Of a stretch of DNA of 64,000 nt, positions 27,201-42,200 are shown in pieces (the stretch's first letter is position 1; each line of letters starts with the position of its first letter). This DNA comes from Schmidtea nova (Eukaryota): the NCBI GenBank assembly GCA_044892505.1, contig CM097882.1:393452001-393516000 (forward strand), given 5' to 3'. The notes beneath the pieces are model-generated. The model was given only the letters and a program-made list of their open reading frames with translations. It searched no databases and was not told where the DNA came from. Position numbers and translations under genes: made by a program.

Positions 27201-30200
27201 GATGATGTTGATGGTGTTGTTCCAGTTGTGAAGGTAACGGTAGGACTTGTTGTGGTATATCCTGAACTAGCTGTTGATTGAGTTGATGTAAATGGAGTAG
27301 ATATTATCGGGGAACTTGATAATGTGGATAATGTATAAGTTGGAGTAGTTCCAGATGTTGACGACACCAATGATGATGTTGATGGTGTTGTTCCAGTTGT
27401 AAAGGTAACGGTAGGACTTGTTGTGGTATATCCTGAACTAGCTGTTGATTGAGTTGATGTGAATGGAGTAGATATTATCGGGGAACTTGATAATGTGGAT
27501 AATGTATAAGTTGGAGTAGTTCCAGATGTTGACGACACCAATGATGATGTTGATGGTTTTGTTCCAGTTGTAAAGGTAACGGTAGGACTTGTTGTGGTAT
27601 ATCCTGAACTAGCTGTTGATTGAGTTGATGTGAATGGAGTAGATATTATCAAGGAACTTGATAATGTGGATAATGTATAAGTTGGAGTAGTTCCAGATGT
27701 TGACGACACCAATGATGATGTTGATGGTGTTGTTCCAGTTGTAAAGGTAACGGTAGGACTTGTTGTGGTATATCCTGAACTAGCTGTTGATTGAGTTGAT
27801 GTGAATGGAGTAGATATTATCGGGGAACTTGATAATGTGGATAATGTATAAGTTGGAGTAGTTCCAGATGTTGACGACACCAATGATGATGTTGATGGTG
27901 TTGTTCCAGTTGTAAAGGTAACGGTAGGACTTGTTGTGGTATATCCTGAACTAGCTGTTGATTGAGTTGATGTGAATGGAGTAGATATTATCGGGGAACT
28001 TGATAATGTGGATAATGTATAAGTTGGAGTAGTTCCAGATGTTGACGACACCAATGATGATGTTGATGGTGTTGTTCCAGTTGTAAAGGTAGTGGTAGGA
28101 CTTGTTGTGGTATATCCTGAACTAGCTGTTGATTGAGTTGATGTGAATGGAGTGGATATTATCGGGGAACTTGATAATGTGGATAATGTGAAAGTTGGAG
28201 TAGTTCCAGATGTTGAAGATACTTTTGGTGTAAAGCAACCGATAACTTCTAATCCGAATGATATCGTTGGTTTTGTGAGATCCCTAAATATGTAAATTAT
28301 CAATTTTTGAAGTATTATTTTCTATTTTTTATAAATTTTTACTGATTAGTTTCGAATATAAATGTATTATAAAATAAATTTAATTTGTCTTTTAGTTGTA
28401 TCTTATTCTTTAGGCATTTGATTTACTGGTTAAAAATAAATTAATTTCGAAATCATAAATATAATAGTTCTACTTATTTTTATTCTCCAATTTCCTTTTA
28501 CTAATAAATGGTTTTACTTTAATTATTCATTAAGTTTGGCATAAATTTTCTTTTCATTATAGATGCATTTACCAGATCTTAAAGAAAAATATGATGGTTA
28601 CATATATTAGTTAATTTATATATTCTGTTCAAATTTATGTTCTATTTTTATTTCATTTTGTACTCGAATTTCTTTTGTTTAATAATAGAATTTTATTTAT
28701 TCTTAAATACAAAACATTTTTTTACAAATTATTTTTCCAATCATTCATTTTTTATATTACATAAGTATATATAAAATGTAAAAAACAAATTAATCTTAAA
28801 TGTAGAAAAACTTATGATATGGAAGATATATAATTAAAGTTTATATCGTACTTGTTTTTTTTGTTTCTTTTCAAAGTTATTCACCTGAAAATTTTACTTG
28901 ATAACGGCATATGATTTGAAAAGATGTTGAAAATTAGACTAAAATATAATGATTAGCAACTTACAAGCTTAGTATAGTTGTAATTGTGATTTGTATTCTT
29001 TGGACTTCGGAACCTGGATTTACTATTGGGGAAGACAATTTGTCCATCAATTTATTTGAATCTAGTAAATCTCTTCCTGTCATTGTTACAGATGATTGGT
29101 CACCATTTACAAGAGTGACTGTTAATTTGACAGTTTTGACTAGAAGAGGGGTAGTAGCAACAAGATTGATTTCATTGACTGCTGGAGATTGTGTTCCTTA
29201 AGACAATTAGTTGTAAATAAAATTTCTGCTTTGATGATAAAATAATTATCATTACCTTTTTGTGTTGGATTGACATCGATAATAATCAGTGAACCAGTAA
29301 TAGATAATCCTGAAGGAGTTCCGAGTTTTTGACTGGAATCAGTTTGTAGTTGATTCGAATCCACAGTAACAGTAATATCAGAAGGTGGTATTTTCTATTT
29401 TATAATTAGTCATTAATTTTATAAAAAAATTATCTAGTTACATTTGTATCAGACATTCCGTTTTCAATTTTACAAAGTGTGGGACTAGTAACAATTTTAG
29501 TAGATAATGTATAAGTAGGAGTAGTTCCAGATGATGACGACACCAATGATGATGTTGATGGTGTTGTTCCAGTTGTGAAGGTAACGGTAGGACTTGTTGT
29601 GGTATATCCTGAACTAGCTGTTGATTGAGTTGATGTGAATGGAGTAGATATTATCGGGGAACTTGATAATGTGGATAATGTATAAGTTGGAGTAGTTCCA
29701 GATGTTGACGACACCAATGATGATGTTGATGGTGTTGTTCCAGTTGTGAAGGTAACGGTAGGACTTGTTGTGGTATATCCTGAACTAGCTGTTGATTGAG
29801 TTGATGTAAATGGAGTAGATATTATCGGGGAACTTGATAATGTGGATAATGTATAAGTTGGAGTAGTTCCAGATGTTGACGACACCAATGATGATGTTGA
29901 TGGTGTTGTTCCAGTTGTGAAGGTAACGGTAGGACTTGTTGTGGTATATCCTGAACTAGCTGTTGATTGAGTTGATGTGAATGGAGTAGATATTATCGGG
30001 GAACTTGATAATGTGGATAATGTATAAGTTGGAGTAGTTCCAGATGTTGACGACACCAATGATGATGTTGATGGTGTTGTTCCAGTTGTAAAGGTAACGG
30101 TAGGACTTGTTGTGGTATATCCTGAACTAGCTGTTGATTGAGTTGATGTGAATGGAGTAGATATTATCGGGGAACTTGATAATGTGGATAGTGTATAAGT

Positions 30201-33200
30201 TTGAGTAGTTCCAGATGTTGACGACACCAATGATGATGTTGATGGTGTTGTTCCAGTTGTAAAGGTAACGGTAGGACTTGTTGTGGTATATCCTGAACTA
30301 GCTGTTGATTGAGTTGATGTGAATGGAGTAGATATTATCGGGGAACTTGATAATGTGGATAATGTATAAGTTGGAGTAGTTCCAGATGTTGACGACACCA
30401 ATGATGATGTTGATGGTGTTGTTCCAGTTGTAAAGGTAGTGGTAGGACTTGTTGTGGTATATCCTGAACTAGCTGTTGATTGAGTTGATGTGAATGGAGT
30501 AGATATTATCGGGGAACTTGATAATGTGGATAATGTATAAGTTGGAGTAGTTCCAGATGTTGACGACACCAATGATGATGTTGATGGTGTTGTTCCAGTT
30601 GTGAAGGTAACGGTAGGACTTGTTGTGGTATATCCTGAACTAGCTGTTGATTGAGTTGATGTGAATGGAGTAGATATTATCGGGGAACTTGATAATGTGG
30701 ATAATGTATAAGTTGGAGTAGTTCCAGATGTTGACGACACCAATGATGATGTTGATGGTTTTGTTCCAGTTGTAAAGGTAACAGCAGGACTTGTTGTGGT
30801 ATATCCTGAACTAGCTGTTGATTGAGTTGATGTGAATGGAGTGGATATTATCGGGGAACTTGATAATGTGGATAATGTGAAAGTTGGAGTAGTTCCAGAT
30901 GTTGAAGATACTTTTGGTGTAAAGCAACCGATAACTTCTAATCCGAATGATATCGTTGGTTTTGTGAGATCCCTAAATATGTAAATTATCAATTTTTGAA
31001 GTATTATTTTCTATTTTTTATAAATTTTTACTGATTAGTTTCGAATATAAATGTATTATAAAATAAATTTAATTTGTCTTTTAGTTGTATCTTATGCTTT
31101 AGGCATTTGATTTACTGGTTAAAAATAAATTAATTTCGAAATCATAAATATAATAGTTCTACTTATTTTTATTCTCCAATTTCCTTTTACTAATAAATGG
31201 TTTTACTTTAATTATTCATTAAGTTTGGCATAAATTTTCTTTTCATTATAGATGCATTTACCAGATCTTAAAGAAAAATATGATGGTTACATATATTAGT
31301 TAATTTATATATTCTGTTCAAATTTATGTTCTATTTTTATTTCATTTTGTACTCGAATTTCTTTTGTTTAATAATAGAATTTTATTTATTCTTAAATACA
31401 AAACATTTTTTTACAAATTATTTTTCCAATCATTCATTTTTTATATTACATAAGTATATATAAAATGTAAAAAACAAATTAATCTTAAATGTAGAAAAAC
31501 TTATGATATGGAAGATATATAATTAAAGTTTATATCGTACTTGTTTTTTTTGTTTCTTTTCAAAGTTATTCACCTGAAAATTTTACTTGATAACGGCATA
31601 TGATTTGAAAAGATGTTGAAAATTAGACTAAAATATAATGATTAGCAACTTACAAGCTTAGTATAGTTGTAATTGTGATTTGTATTCTTTGGACTTCGGA
31701 ACCTGGATTTACTATTGGGGAAGACAATTTGTCCATCAATTTATTTGAATCTAGTAAATCTCTTCCTGTCATTGTTACAGATGATTGGTCACCATTTACA
31801 AGAGTGACTGTTAATTTGACAGTTTTGACTAGAAGAGGGGTAGTAGCAACAAGATTGATTTCATTGACTGCTGGAGATTGTGTTCCTTAAGACAATTAGT
31901 TGTAAATAAAATTTCTGCTTTGATGATAAAATAATTATCATTACCTTTTTGTGTTGGATTGACATCGATAATAATCAGTGAACCAGTAATAGATAATCCT
32001 GAAGGAGTTCCGAGTTTTTGACTGGAATCAGTTTGTAGTTGATTCGAATCCACAGTAACAGTAATATCAGAAGGTGGTATTTTCTATTTTATAATTAGTC
32101 ATTAATTTTATAAAAAAATTATCTAGTTACATTTGTATCAGACATTCCGTTTTCAATTTTACAAAGTGTGGGACTAGTAACAATTTTAGTAGATAATGTA
32201 TAAGTAGGAGTAGTTCCAGATGATGACGACACCAATGATGATGTTGATGGTGTTGTTCCAGTTGTGAAGGTAACGGTAGGACTTGTTGTGGTATATCCTG
32301 AACTAGCTGTTGATTGAGTTGATGTGAATGGAGTAGATATTATCGGGGAACTTGATAATGTGGATAATGTATAAGTTGGAGTAGTTCCAGATGTTGACGA
32401 CACCAATGATGATGTTGATGGTGTTGTTCCAGTTGTGAAGGTAACGGTAGGACTTGTTGTGGTATATCCTGAACTAGCTGTTGATTGAGTTGATGTAAAT
32501 GGAGTAGATATTATCGGGGAACTTGATAATGTGGATAATGTATAAGTTGGAGTAGTTCCAGATGTTGACGACACCAATGATGATGTTGATGGTGTTGTTC
32601 CAGTTGTGAAGGTAACGGTAGGACTTGTTGTGGTATATCCTGAACTAGCTGTTGATTGAGTTGATGTGAATGGAGTAGATATTATCGGGGAACTTGATAA
32701 TGTGGATAATGTATAAGTTGGAGTAGTTCCAGATGTTGACGACACCAATGATGATGTTGATGGTGTTGTTCCAGTTGTAAAGGTAACGGTAGGACTTGTT
32801 GTGGTATATCCTGAACTAGCTGTTGATTGAGTTGATGTGAATGGAGTAGATATTATCGGGGAACTTGATAATGTGGATAGTGTATAAGTTTGAGTAGTTC
32901 CAGATGTTGACGACACCAATGATGATGTTGATGGTGTTGTTCCAGTTGTAAAGGTAACGGTAGGACTTGTTGTGGTATATCCTGAACTAGCTGTTGATTG
33001 AGTTGATGTGAATGGAGTAGATATTATCGGGGAACTTGATAATGTGGATAATGTATAAGTTGGAGTAGTTCCAGATGTTGACGACACCAATGATGATGTT
33101 GATGGTGTTGTTCCAGTTGTAAAGGTAGTGGTAGGACTTGTTGTGGTATATCCTGAACTAGCTGTTGATTGAGTTGATGTGAATGGAGTAGATATTATCG

Positions 33201-36200
33201 GGGAACTTGATAATGTGGATAATGTATAAGTTGGAGTAGTTCCAGATGTTGACGACACCAATGATGATGTTGATGGTGTTGTTCCAGTTGTGAAGGTAAC
33301 GGTAGGACTTGTTGTGGTATATCCTGAACTAGCTGTTGATTGAGTTGATGTGAATGGAGTAGATATTATCGGGGAACTTGATAATGTGGATAATGTATAA
33401 GTTGGAGTAGTTCCAGATGTTGACGACACCAATGATGATGTTGATGGTTTTGTTCCAGTTGTAAAGGTAACAGCAGGGCTTGTTGTGGTATATCCTGAAC
33501 TAGCTGTTGATTGAGTTGATGTGAATGGAGTGGATATTATCGGGGAACTTGATAATGTGGATAATGTGAAAGTTGGAGTAGTTCCAGATGTTGAAGATAC
33601 TTTTGGTGTAAAGCAACCGATAACTTCTAATCCGAATGATATCGTTGGTTTTGTGAGATCCCTAAATATGTAAATTATCAATTTTTGAAGTATTATTTTC
33701 TATTTTTTATAAATTTTTACTGATTAGTTTCGAATATAAATGTATTATAAAATAAATTTAATTTGTCTTTTAGTTGTATCTTATGCTTTAGGCATTTGAT
33801 TTACTGGTTAAAAATAAATTAATTTCGAAATCATAAATATAATAGTTCTACTTATTTTTATTCTCCAATTTCCTTTTACTAATAAATGGTTTTACTTTAA
33901 TTATTCATTAAGTTTGGCATAAATTTTCTTTTCATTATAGATGCATTTACCAGATCTTAAAGAAAAATATGATGGTTACATATATTAGTTAATTTATATA
34001 TTCTGTTCAAATTTATGTTCTATTTTTATTTCATTTTGTACTCGAATTTCTTTTGTTTAATAATAGAATTTTATTTATTCTTAAATACAAAACATTTTTT
34101 TACAAATTATTTTTCCAATCATTCATTTTTTATATTACATAAGTATATATAAAATGTAAAAAACAAATTAATCTTAAATGTAGAAAAACTTATGATATGG
34201 AAGATATATAATTAAAGTTTATATCGTACTTGTTTTTTTTGTTTCTTTTCAAAGTTATTCACCTGAAAATTTTACTTGATAACGGCATATGATTTGAAAA
34301 GATGTTGAAAATTAGACTAAAATATAATGATTAGCAACTTACAAGCTTAGTATAGTTGTAATTGTGATTTGTATTCTTTGGACTTCGGAACCTGGATTTA
34401 CTATTGGGGAAGACAATTTGTCCATCAATTTATTTGAATCTAGTAAATCTCTTCCTGTCATTGTTACAGATGATTGGTCACCATTTACAAGAGTGACTGT
34501 TAATTTGACAGTTTTGACTAGAAGAGGGGTAGTAGCAACAAGATTGATTTCATTGACTGCTGGAGATTGTGTTCCTTAAGACAATTAGTTGTAAATAAAA
34601 TTTCTGCTTTGATGATAAAATAATTATCATTACCTTTTTGTGTTGGATTGACATCGATAATAATCAGTGAACCAGTAATAGATAATCCTGAAGGAGTTCC
34701 GAGTTTTTGACTGGAATCAGTTTGTAGTTGATTCGAATCCACAGTAACAGTAATATCAGAAGGTGGTATTTTCTATTTTATAATTAGTCATTAATTTTAT
34801 AAAAAAATTATCTAGTTACATTTGTATCAGACATTCCGTTTTCAATTTTACAAAGTGTGGGACTAGTAACAATTTTAGTAGATAATGTATAAGTAGGAGT
34901 AGTTCCAGATGATGACGACACCAATGATGATGTTGATGGTGTTGTTCCAGTTGTGAAGGTAACGGTAGGACTTGTTGTGGTATATCCTGAACTAGCTGTT
35001 GATTGAGTTGATGTGAATGGAGTAGATATTATCGGGGAACTTGATAATGTGGATAATGTATAAGTTGGAGTAGTTCCAGATGTTGACGACACCAATGATG
35101 ATGTTGATGGTGTTGTTCCAGTTGTGAAGGTAACGGTAGGACTTGTTGTGGTATATCCTGAACTAGCTGTTGATTGAGTTGATGTGAATGGAGTAGATAT
35201 TATCGGGGAACTTGATAATGTGGATAATGTATAAGTTGGAGTAGTTCCAGATGTTGACGACACCAATGATGATGTTGATGGTTTTGTTCCAGTTGTAAAG
35301 GTAACAGCAGGACTTGTTGTGGTATATCCTGAACTAGCTGTTGATTGAGTTGATGTGAATGGAGTGGATATTATCGGGGAACTTGATAATGTGGATAATG
35401 TGAAAGTTGGAGTAGTTCCAGATGTTGAAGATACTTTTGGTGTAAAGCAACCGATAACTTCTAATCCGAATGATATCGTTGGTTTTGTGAGATCCCTAAA
35501 TATGTAAATTATCAATTTTTGAAGTATTATTTTCTATTTTTTATAAATTTTTACTGATTAGTTTCGAATATAAATGTATTATAAAATAAATTTAATTTGT
35601 CTTTTAGTTGTATCTTATGCTTTAGGCATTTGATTTACTGGTTAAAAATAAATTAATTTCGAAATCATAAATATAATAGTTCTACTTATTTTTATTCTCC
35701 AATTTCCTTTTACTAATAAATGGTTTTACTTTAATTATTCATTAAGTTTGGCATAAATTTTCTTTTCATTATAGATGCATTTACCAGATCTTAAAGAAAA
35801 ATATGATGGTTACATATATTAGTTAATTTATATATTCTGTTCAAATTTATGTTCTATTTTTATTTCATTTTGTACTCGAATTTCTTTTGTTTAATAATAG
35901 AATTTTATTTATTCTTAAATACAAAACATTTTTTTACAAATTATTTTTCCAATCATTCATTTTTTATATTACATAAGTATATATAAAATGTAAAAAACAA
36001 ATTAATCTTAAATGTAGAAAAACTTATGATATGGAAGATATATAATTAAAGTTTATATCGTACTTGTTTTTTTTGTTTCTTTTCAAAGTTATTCACCTGA
36101 AAATTTTACTTGATAACGGCATATGATTTGAAAAGATGTTGAAAATTAGACTAAAATATAATGATTAGCAACTTACAAGCTTAGTATAGTTGTAATTGTG

Positions 36201-39200
36201 ATTTGTATTCTTTGGACTTCGGAACCTGGATTTACTATTGGGGAAGACAATTTGTCCATCAATTTATTTGAATCTAGTAAATCTCTTCCTGTCATTGTTA
36301 CAGATGATTGGTCACCATTTACAAGAGTGACTGTTAATTTGACAGTTTTGACTAGAAGAGGGGTAGTAGCAACAAGATTGATTTCATTGACTGCTGGAGA
36401 TTGTGTTCCTTAAGACAATTAGTTGTAAATAAAATTTCTGCTTTGATGATAAAATAATTATCATTACCTTTTTGTGTTGGATTGACATCGATAATAATCA
36501 GTGAACCAGTAATAGATAATCCTGAAGGAGTTCCGAGTTTTTGACTGGAATCAGTTTGTAGTTGATTCGAATCCACAGTAACAGTAATATCAGAAGGTGG
36601 TATTTTCTATTTTATAATTAGTCATTAATTTTATAAAAAAATTATCTAGTTACATTTGTATCAGACATTCCGTTTTCAATTTTACAAAGTGTGGGACTAG
36701 TAACAATTTTAGTAGATAATGTATAAGTAGGAGTAGTTCCAGATGATGACGACACCAATGATGATGTTGATGGTGTTGTTCCAGTTGTGAAGGTAACGGT
36801 AGGACTTGTTGTGGTATATCCTGAACTAGCTGTTGATTGAGTTGATGTGAATGGAGTAGATATTATCGGGGAACTTGATAATGTGGATAATGTATAAGTT
36901 GGAGTAGTTCCAGATGTTGACGACACCAATGATGATGTTGATGGTGTTGTTCCAGTTGTGAAGGTAACGGTAGGACTTGTTGTGGTATATCCTGAACTAG
37001 CTGTTGATTGAGTTGATGTAAATGGAGTAGATATTATCGGGGAACTTGATAATGTGGATAATGTATAAGTTGGAGTAGTTCCAGATGTTGACGACACCAA
37101 TGATGATGTTGATGGTGTTGTTCCAGTTGTGAAGGTAACGGTAGGACTTGTTGTGGTATATCCTGAACTAGCTGTTGATTGAGTTGATGTAAATGGAGTA
37201 GATATTATCGGGGAACTTGATAATGTGGATAATGTATAAGTTGGAGTAGTTCCAGATGTTGACGACACCAATGATGATGTTGATGGTGTTGTTCCAGTTG
37301 TAAAGGTAACGGTAGGACTTGTTGTGGTATATCCTGAACTAGCTGTTGATTGAGTTGATGTGAATGGAGTAGATATTATCGGGGAACTTGATAATGTGGA
37401 TAATGTATAAGTTGGAGTAGTTCCAGATGTTGACGACACCAATGATGATGTTGATGGTGTTGTTCCAGTTGTAAAGGTAACGGTAGGACTTGTTGTGGTA
37501 TATCCTGAACTAGCTGTTGATTGAGTTGATGTGAATGGAGTAGATATTATCGGGGAACTTGATAATGTGGATAATGTATAAGTTGGAGTAGTTCCAGATG
37601 TTGACGACACCAATGATGATGTTGATGGTGTTGTTCCAGTTGTGAAGGTAACGGTAGGACTTGTTGTGGTATATCCTGAACTAGCTGTTGATTGAGTTGA
37701 TGTAAATGGAGTAGATATTATCGGGGAACTTGATAATGTGGATATTGTATAAGTTGGAGTAGTTCCAGATGTTGACGACACCAATGATGATGTTGATGGT
37801 TTTGTTCCAGTTGTAAAGGTAACGGCAGGACTTGTTGTGGTATATCCTGAACTAGCTGTTGATTGAGTTGATGTGAATGGAGTGGATATTATCGGGGAAC
37901 TTGATAATGTGGATAATGTGAAAGTTGGAGTAGTTCCAGATGTTGAAGATACTTTTGGTGTAAAGCAACCGATAACTTCTAATCCGAATGATATCGTTGG
38001 TTTTGTGAGATCCCTAAATATGTGAATTATCAATTTTTGAAGTATTATTTTCTATTTTTTATAAATTTTTACTGATTAGTTTGGAATATAAATGTATTAA
38101 TAAATAAATTTAATTTGTCTTTTAGTTGTATCTTATGCTTTAGGCATTTGATTTACTGGTTAAAAATAAATTAATTTCGAAATCATAAATATAATAGTTC
38201 TACTTATTTTTATTCTCCAATTTCCTTTTACTAATAAATGGTTTTACTTTAATTATTCATTAAGTTAGGCATAAATTTTCTTTTCATTATAGATGCATTT
38301 ACCAGATCTTAAAGAAAAATATGATGGTTACATATATTAGTTAATTTATATATTCTGTTCAAATTTATGTTCTATTTTTATTTCATTTTGTACTCGAATT
38401 TCTTTTGTTTAATAATAGAATTTTATTTATTCTTAAATACAAAACATTTTTTTACAAATTATTTTTCCAATCATTCATTTTTTATATTACATAAGTATAT
38501 ATAAAATGTAAAAAACAAATTAATCTTAAATGTAGAAAAACTTATGATATGGAAGATATATAATTAAAGTTTATATCGTACTTGTTTTTTTTGTTTCTTT
38601 TCAAAGTTATTCACCTGAAAATTTTACTTGATAACGGCATATGATTTGAAAAGATGTTGAAAATTAGACTAAAATATAATGATTAGCAACTTACAAGCTT
38701 AGTAAAGTTGTAATTGTGATTTGTATTCTTTGGACTTCGGAACCTGGATTTACTATTGGGGAAGACAATTTGTCCATCAATTTATTTGAATCTAGTAAAT
38801 CTCTTCCTGTCATTGTTACAGATGATTGGTCACCATTTACAAGAGTGACTGTTAATTTGACAGTTTTGACTAGAAGAGGGGTAGTAGCAACAAGATTGAT
38901 TTCATTGACTGCTGGAGATTGTGTTCCTTAAGACAATTAGTTGTAAATAAAATTTCTGCTTTGATGATAAAATAATTATCATTACCTTTTTGTGTTGGAT
39001 TGACATCGATAATAATCAGTGAACCAGTAATAGATAATCCTGAAGGAGTTCCGAGTTTTTGACTGGAATCAGTTTGTAGTTGATTCGAATCCACAGTAAC
39101 AGTAATATCAGAAGGTGGTATTTTCTATTTTATAATTAGTCATTAATTTTATAAAAAAATTATCTAGTTACATTTGTATCAGACATTCCGTTTTCAATTT

Positions 39201-42200
39201 TACAAAGTGTGGGACTAGTAACAATTTTAGTAGATAATGTATAAGTAGGAGTAGTTCCAGATGATGACGACACCAATGATGATGTTGATGGTGTTGTTCC
39301 AGTTGTGAAGGTAACGGTAGGACTTGTTGTGGTATATCCTGAACTAGCTGTTGATTGAGTTGATGTGAATGGAGTAGATATTATCGGAGAACTTGATAAT
39401 GTGGATAATGTATAAGTTGGAGTAGTTCCAGATGTTGACGACACCAATGATGATGTTGATGGTGTTGTTCCAGTTGTGAAGGTAACGGTAGGACTTGTTG
39501 TGGTATATCCTGAACTAGCTGTTGATTGAGTTGATGTAAATGGAGTAGATATTATCGGGGAACTTGATAATGTGGATAATGTATAAGTTGGAGTAGTTCC
39601 AGATGTTGACGACACCAATGATGATGTAGATGGTGTTGTTCCAGTTGTGAAGGTAACGGTAGGACTTGTTGTGGTATATCCTGAACTAGCTGTTGATTGA
39701 GTTGATGTGAATGGAGTAGTTATTATCGGAGAACTTGATAATGTGGATAATGTATAAGTTGGAGTAGTTCCAGATGTTGACGACACCAATGATGATGTTG
39801 ATGGTGTTGTTCCAGTTGTGAAGGTAACGGTAGGACTTGTTGTGGTATATCCTGAACTAGCTGTTGATTGAGTTGATGTAAATGGAGTAGATATTATCGG
39901 GGAACTTGATAATGTGGATAATGTATAAGTTGGAGTAGTTCCAGATGTTGACGACACCAATGATGATGTAGATGGTGTTGTTCCAGTTGTGAAGGTAACG
40001 GCAGGACTTGTTGTGGTATATCCTGAACTAGCTGTTGATTGAGTTGATGTGAATGGAGTAGATATTATCGGGGAACTTGATAATGTGGATAATGTATAAG
40101 TTGGAGTAGTTCCAGATGTTGACGACACCAATGATGATGTTGATGGTGTTGTTCCAGTTGTAAAGGTAACGGTAGGACTTGTTGTGGTATATCCTGAACT
40201 AGCTGTTGATTGAGTTGATGTGAATGGAGTAGATATTATCGGGGAACTTGATAATGTGGATAATGTATAAGTTGGAGTAGTTCCAGATGTTGACGACACC
40301 AATGATGATGTTGATGGTGTTGTTCCAGTTGTGAAGGTAACGGTAGGACTTGTTGTGGTATATCCTGAACTAGCTGTTGATTGAGTTGATGTGAATGGAG
40401 TAGATATTATCGGGGAACTTGATAATGTGGATAATGTATAAGTTGGAGTAGTTCCAGATGTTGACGACACCAATGATGATGTTGATGGTGTTGTTCCAGT
40501 TGTGAAGGTAACGGTAGGACTTGTTGTGGTATATCCTGAACTAGCTGTTGATTGAGTTGATGTGAATGGAGTGGATATTATCGGGGAACTTGATAATGTG
40601 GATAATGTGAAAGTTGGAGTAGTTCCAGATGTTGAAGATACTTTTGGTGTAAAGCAACCGATAACTTCTAATCCGAATGATATCGTTGGTTTTGTGAGAT
40701 CCCTAAATATGTGAATTATCAATTTTTGAAGTATTATTTTCTATTTTTTATAAATTTTTACTGATTAGTTTGGAATATAAATGTATTAATAAATAAATTT
40801 AATTTGTCTTTTAGTTGTATCTTATGCTTTAGGCATTTGATTTACTGGTTAAAAATAAATTAATTTCGATATCATAAATTTAATAGTTCTACTTATTTTT
40901 ATTCTCCAATTTCCTTTTACTAATAAATGGTTTTACTTTAATTATTCATTAAGTTTGGCATAAATTTTCTTTTCATTATAGATGCATTTACCAGATCTTA
41001 AAGAAAAATATGATGGTTACATATATTAGTTAATTTATATATTCTGTTCAAATTTATGTTCTATTTTTATTTCATTTTGTACTCGAATTTCTTTTGTTTA
41101 ATAATAGAATTTTATTTATTCTTAAATACAAAACATTTTTTTACAAATTATTTTTCCAATCATTCATTTTTTATATTACATAAGTATATATAAAATGTAA
41201 AAAACAAATTAATCTTAAATGTAGAAAAACTTATGATATGGAAGATATATAATTAAAGTTTATATCGTACTTGTTTTTTTTGTTTCTTTTCAAAGTTATT
41301 CACCTGAAAATTTTACTTGATAACGGCATATGATTTGAAAAGATGTTGAAAATTAGACTAAAATATAATGATTAGCAACTTACAAGCTTAGTATAGTTGT
41401 AATTGTGATTTGTATTCTTTGGACTTCGGAACCTGGATTTACTATTGGGGAAGACAATTTGTCCATCAATTTATTTGAATCTAGTAAATCTCTTCCTGTC
41501 ATTGTTACAGATGATTGGTCACCATTTACAAGAGTGACTGTTAATTTGACAGTTTTGACTAGAAGAGGGGTAGTAGCAACAAGATTGATTTCATTGACTG
41601 CTGGAGATTGTGTTCCTTAAGACAATTAGTTGTAAATAAAATTTCTGCTTTGATGATAAAATAATTATCATTACCTTTTTGTGTTGGATTGACATCGATA
41701 ATAATCAGTGAACCAGTAATAGATAATCCTGAAGGAGTTCCGAGTTTTTGACTGGAATCAGTTTGTAGTTGATTCGAATCCACAGTAACAGTAATATCAG
41801 AAGGTGGTATTTTCTATTTTATAATTAGTCATTAATTTTATAAAAAAATTATCTAGTTACATTTGTATCAGACATTCCGTTTTCAATTTTACAAAGTGTG
41901 GGACTAGTAACAATTTTAGTAGATAATGTATAAGTAGGAGTAGTTCCAGATGATGACGACACCAATGATGATGTTGATGGTGTTGTTCCAGTTGTGAAGG
42001 TAACGGTAGGACTTGTTGTGGTATATCCTGAACTAGCTGTTGATTGAGTTGATGTGAATGGAGTAGATATTATCGGGGAACTTGATAATGTGGATAATGT
42101 ATAAGTTGGAGTAGTTCCAGATGTTGACGACACCAATGATGATGTTGATGGTGTTGTTCCAGTTGTGAAGGTAACGGTAGGACTTGTTGTGGTATATCCT

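Noticed and set aside
9466-40722. MIIHIFR/MIIYIFR starts and VTR-stop ends of the long PTS ORFs as separate genes
   Set aside because: The starts are intronic sequence upstream of the AG acceptor, and VTR-stop is read-through of the GTAACT donor. There is no signal peptide.
11018-41620. Repeated plus-strand 71-aa ORF MICILWTSEPG... (13 copies)
   Set aside because: It is the antisense shadow of minus-strand exon C, which has proper splice sites and joins its neighbours in frame.
11172-41783. 74-aa minus ORF MDSNQLQ...LLLPLF as a stand-alone gene
   Set aside because: Only the first part is exon B; the rest reads through an intron into the wrong frame. A variant at 23115 puts a stop in that frame but is synonymous in the spliced frame.
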